Assembly (NCBI GenBank): GCA_038087875.1
Contig: JAXLNO010000146.1
Location: forward strand, 558,001 to 622,000
Direction: 5' to 3'
Length of the DNA: 64,000 bases
Source of the DNA: Malacoraja senta
Lineage: Eukaryota
Shown: positions 63,140 through 64,000 of the stretch, piece by piece
Numbering within the stretch: the first letter of the stretch is position 1
Layout of the letters: the number at the start of each line of letters is the position of its first letter
Translations under genes and position numbers: made by a program
The notes under the pieces: generated by a model
What the model saw: only the letters and a program-made list of their open reading frames with translations
The model's database searches: none
What the model was told of the DNA's origin: nothing

Positions 63140-63557
63140 TAAAAAAAAAATTATTTGAAGAATTGTACATTGCAGTGATATCAAGCAAAAATAAAATTAT
63201 ACAGTACTTGTACCACTTCTTATTTTACACTTTAAAGAGAAAAAAGATAGAGAGAGTTAGCAAAGATAGTGAGTGAGTGAAAGAGTGGTCCAGAGAAACC
63301 CGTAGGGACCTAAACCACAAGAAAGAGTTAAACAGAAAACAAAAGAAAAAGAAAGAGAAAAAAAAGTAAGGTAAGATAAGACAAGATAAAAGGGATGTAC
63401 CTACTTCGTATCTTTACACACCCCTCACCAGGTCCTGAAACCATTTATTTTCAACGTTTTGTTGCACCCTATGTTTGTAATAAGTCGATAAATGGAGACC
63501 AAATCTTTTGCAAATGGTCTGATTTGCCTGCTAAGAGGAATCTCATATCTTCCAGGT
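63140..63557 (-). mobile_element. L1 3' fragment related to the copy at 9331-10571
   Basis: 63480-63556 is the near reverse complement of ~10098-10175. Confidence 0.8.
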
Positions 63558-64000
63558 ACCAAAACGATTTTATAAAGCAGAAAGAGAAATTGAAGTGGTT
63601 TAATTAGAACGCGAGAGATTACCTAAACCTGAAATAGAAATAGGATGTGCTAGAAAACAGAAAGGGGCAGATCACGGGTTGGTGTTTCAGTTCAAAGACC
63701 ATCCCTTCAATCTCTGATGGTCACCGTTAGACCAGCTGATGAGTCTTGGAGCTAAAGCGTGAGCATTTTACAGATTGAGATCTTGGACCTAAAGCCCGTT
63801 TCCAGATTGTTTAGTTTTTTTTCTTGTCATGCAAAGATACAGAGTTTTCTTTTCAGATTGATGACCTTATATTGGAGTTTCGAGAGTATTTTGGGACTGG
63901 CGACATGATTACACTGTTTTTTAAATGAAGCTGATATAATCACTCTGCCTGTGCAAAGTGGTATTGAATGACGTGCGGCAACGAACGCTTTGAACTCCAA

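Overview
Eukaryotic, repeat-dominated genomic DNA, most likely from a cartilaginous fish (skate/ray). This is inferred from CR1 LINEs with (CATAGAAA)n tails, V-SINE/HE1-like SINEs and two-exon GPR139-like genes. The first ~20 kb looks like an MHC class I-pathway segment. It has a 67-nt minus-strand signal-peptide exon (1021-1087; beta-2-microglobulin or class I heavy chain candidate) under a textbook ISRE-S-X1-X2-Y promoter. It also has further kB/ISRE sites, a second oppositely oriented S-X1-X2-Y module at 11352-11415, and a divergently oriented TAP1 first coding exon (19529-20017) with three homopolymer frameshifts and no recognisable downstream exons. Two young Mag-like Gypsy LTR retrotransposons flank the TAP1 exon, one full-length and one with an in-frame internal deletion. 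Further along are a decayed class III (ERV-L/S-like) endogenous retrovirus with a gamma-type env split by a TIR transposon, many CR1/L1/L2/Tx1/Rex/Penelope fragments (some with hammerhead-like cores), a head-to-head pair of GPR139-like GPCR genes (one intact, one frameshifted), a ~2 kb CA/TA microsatellite and nested non-autonomous Helitrons. Most long ORFs in the track are simple-repeat artefacts. All calls are by eye, without database searches.
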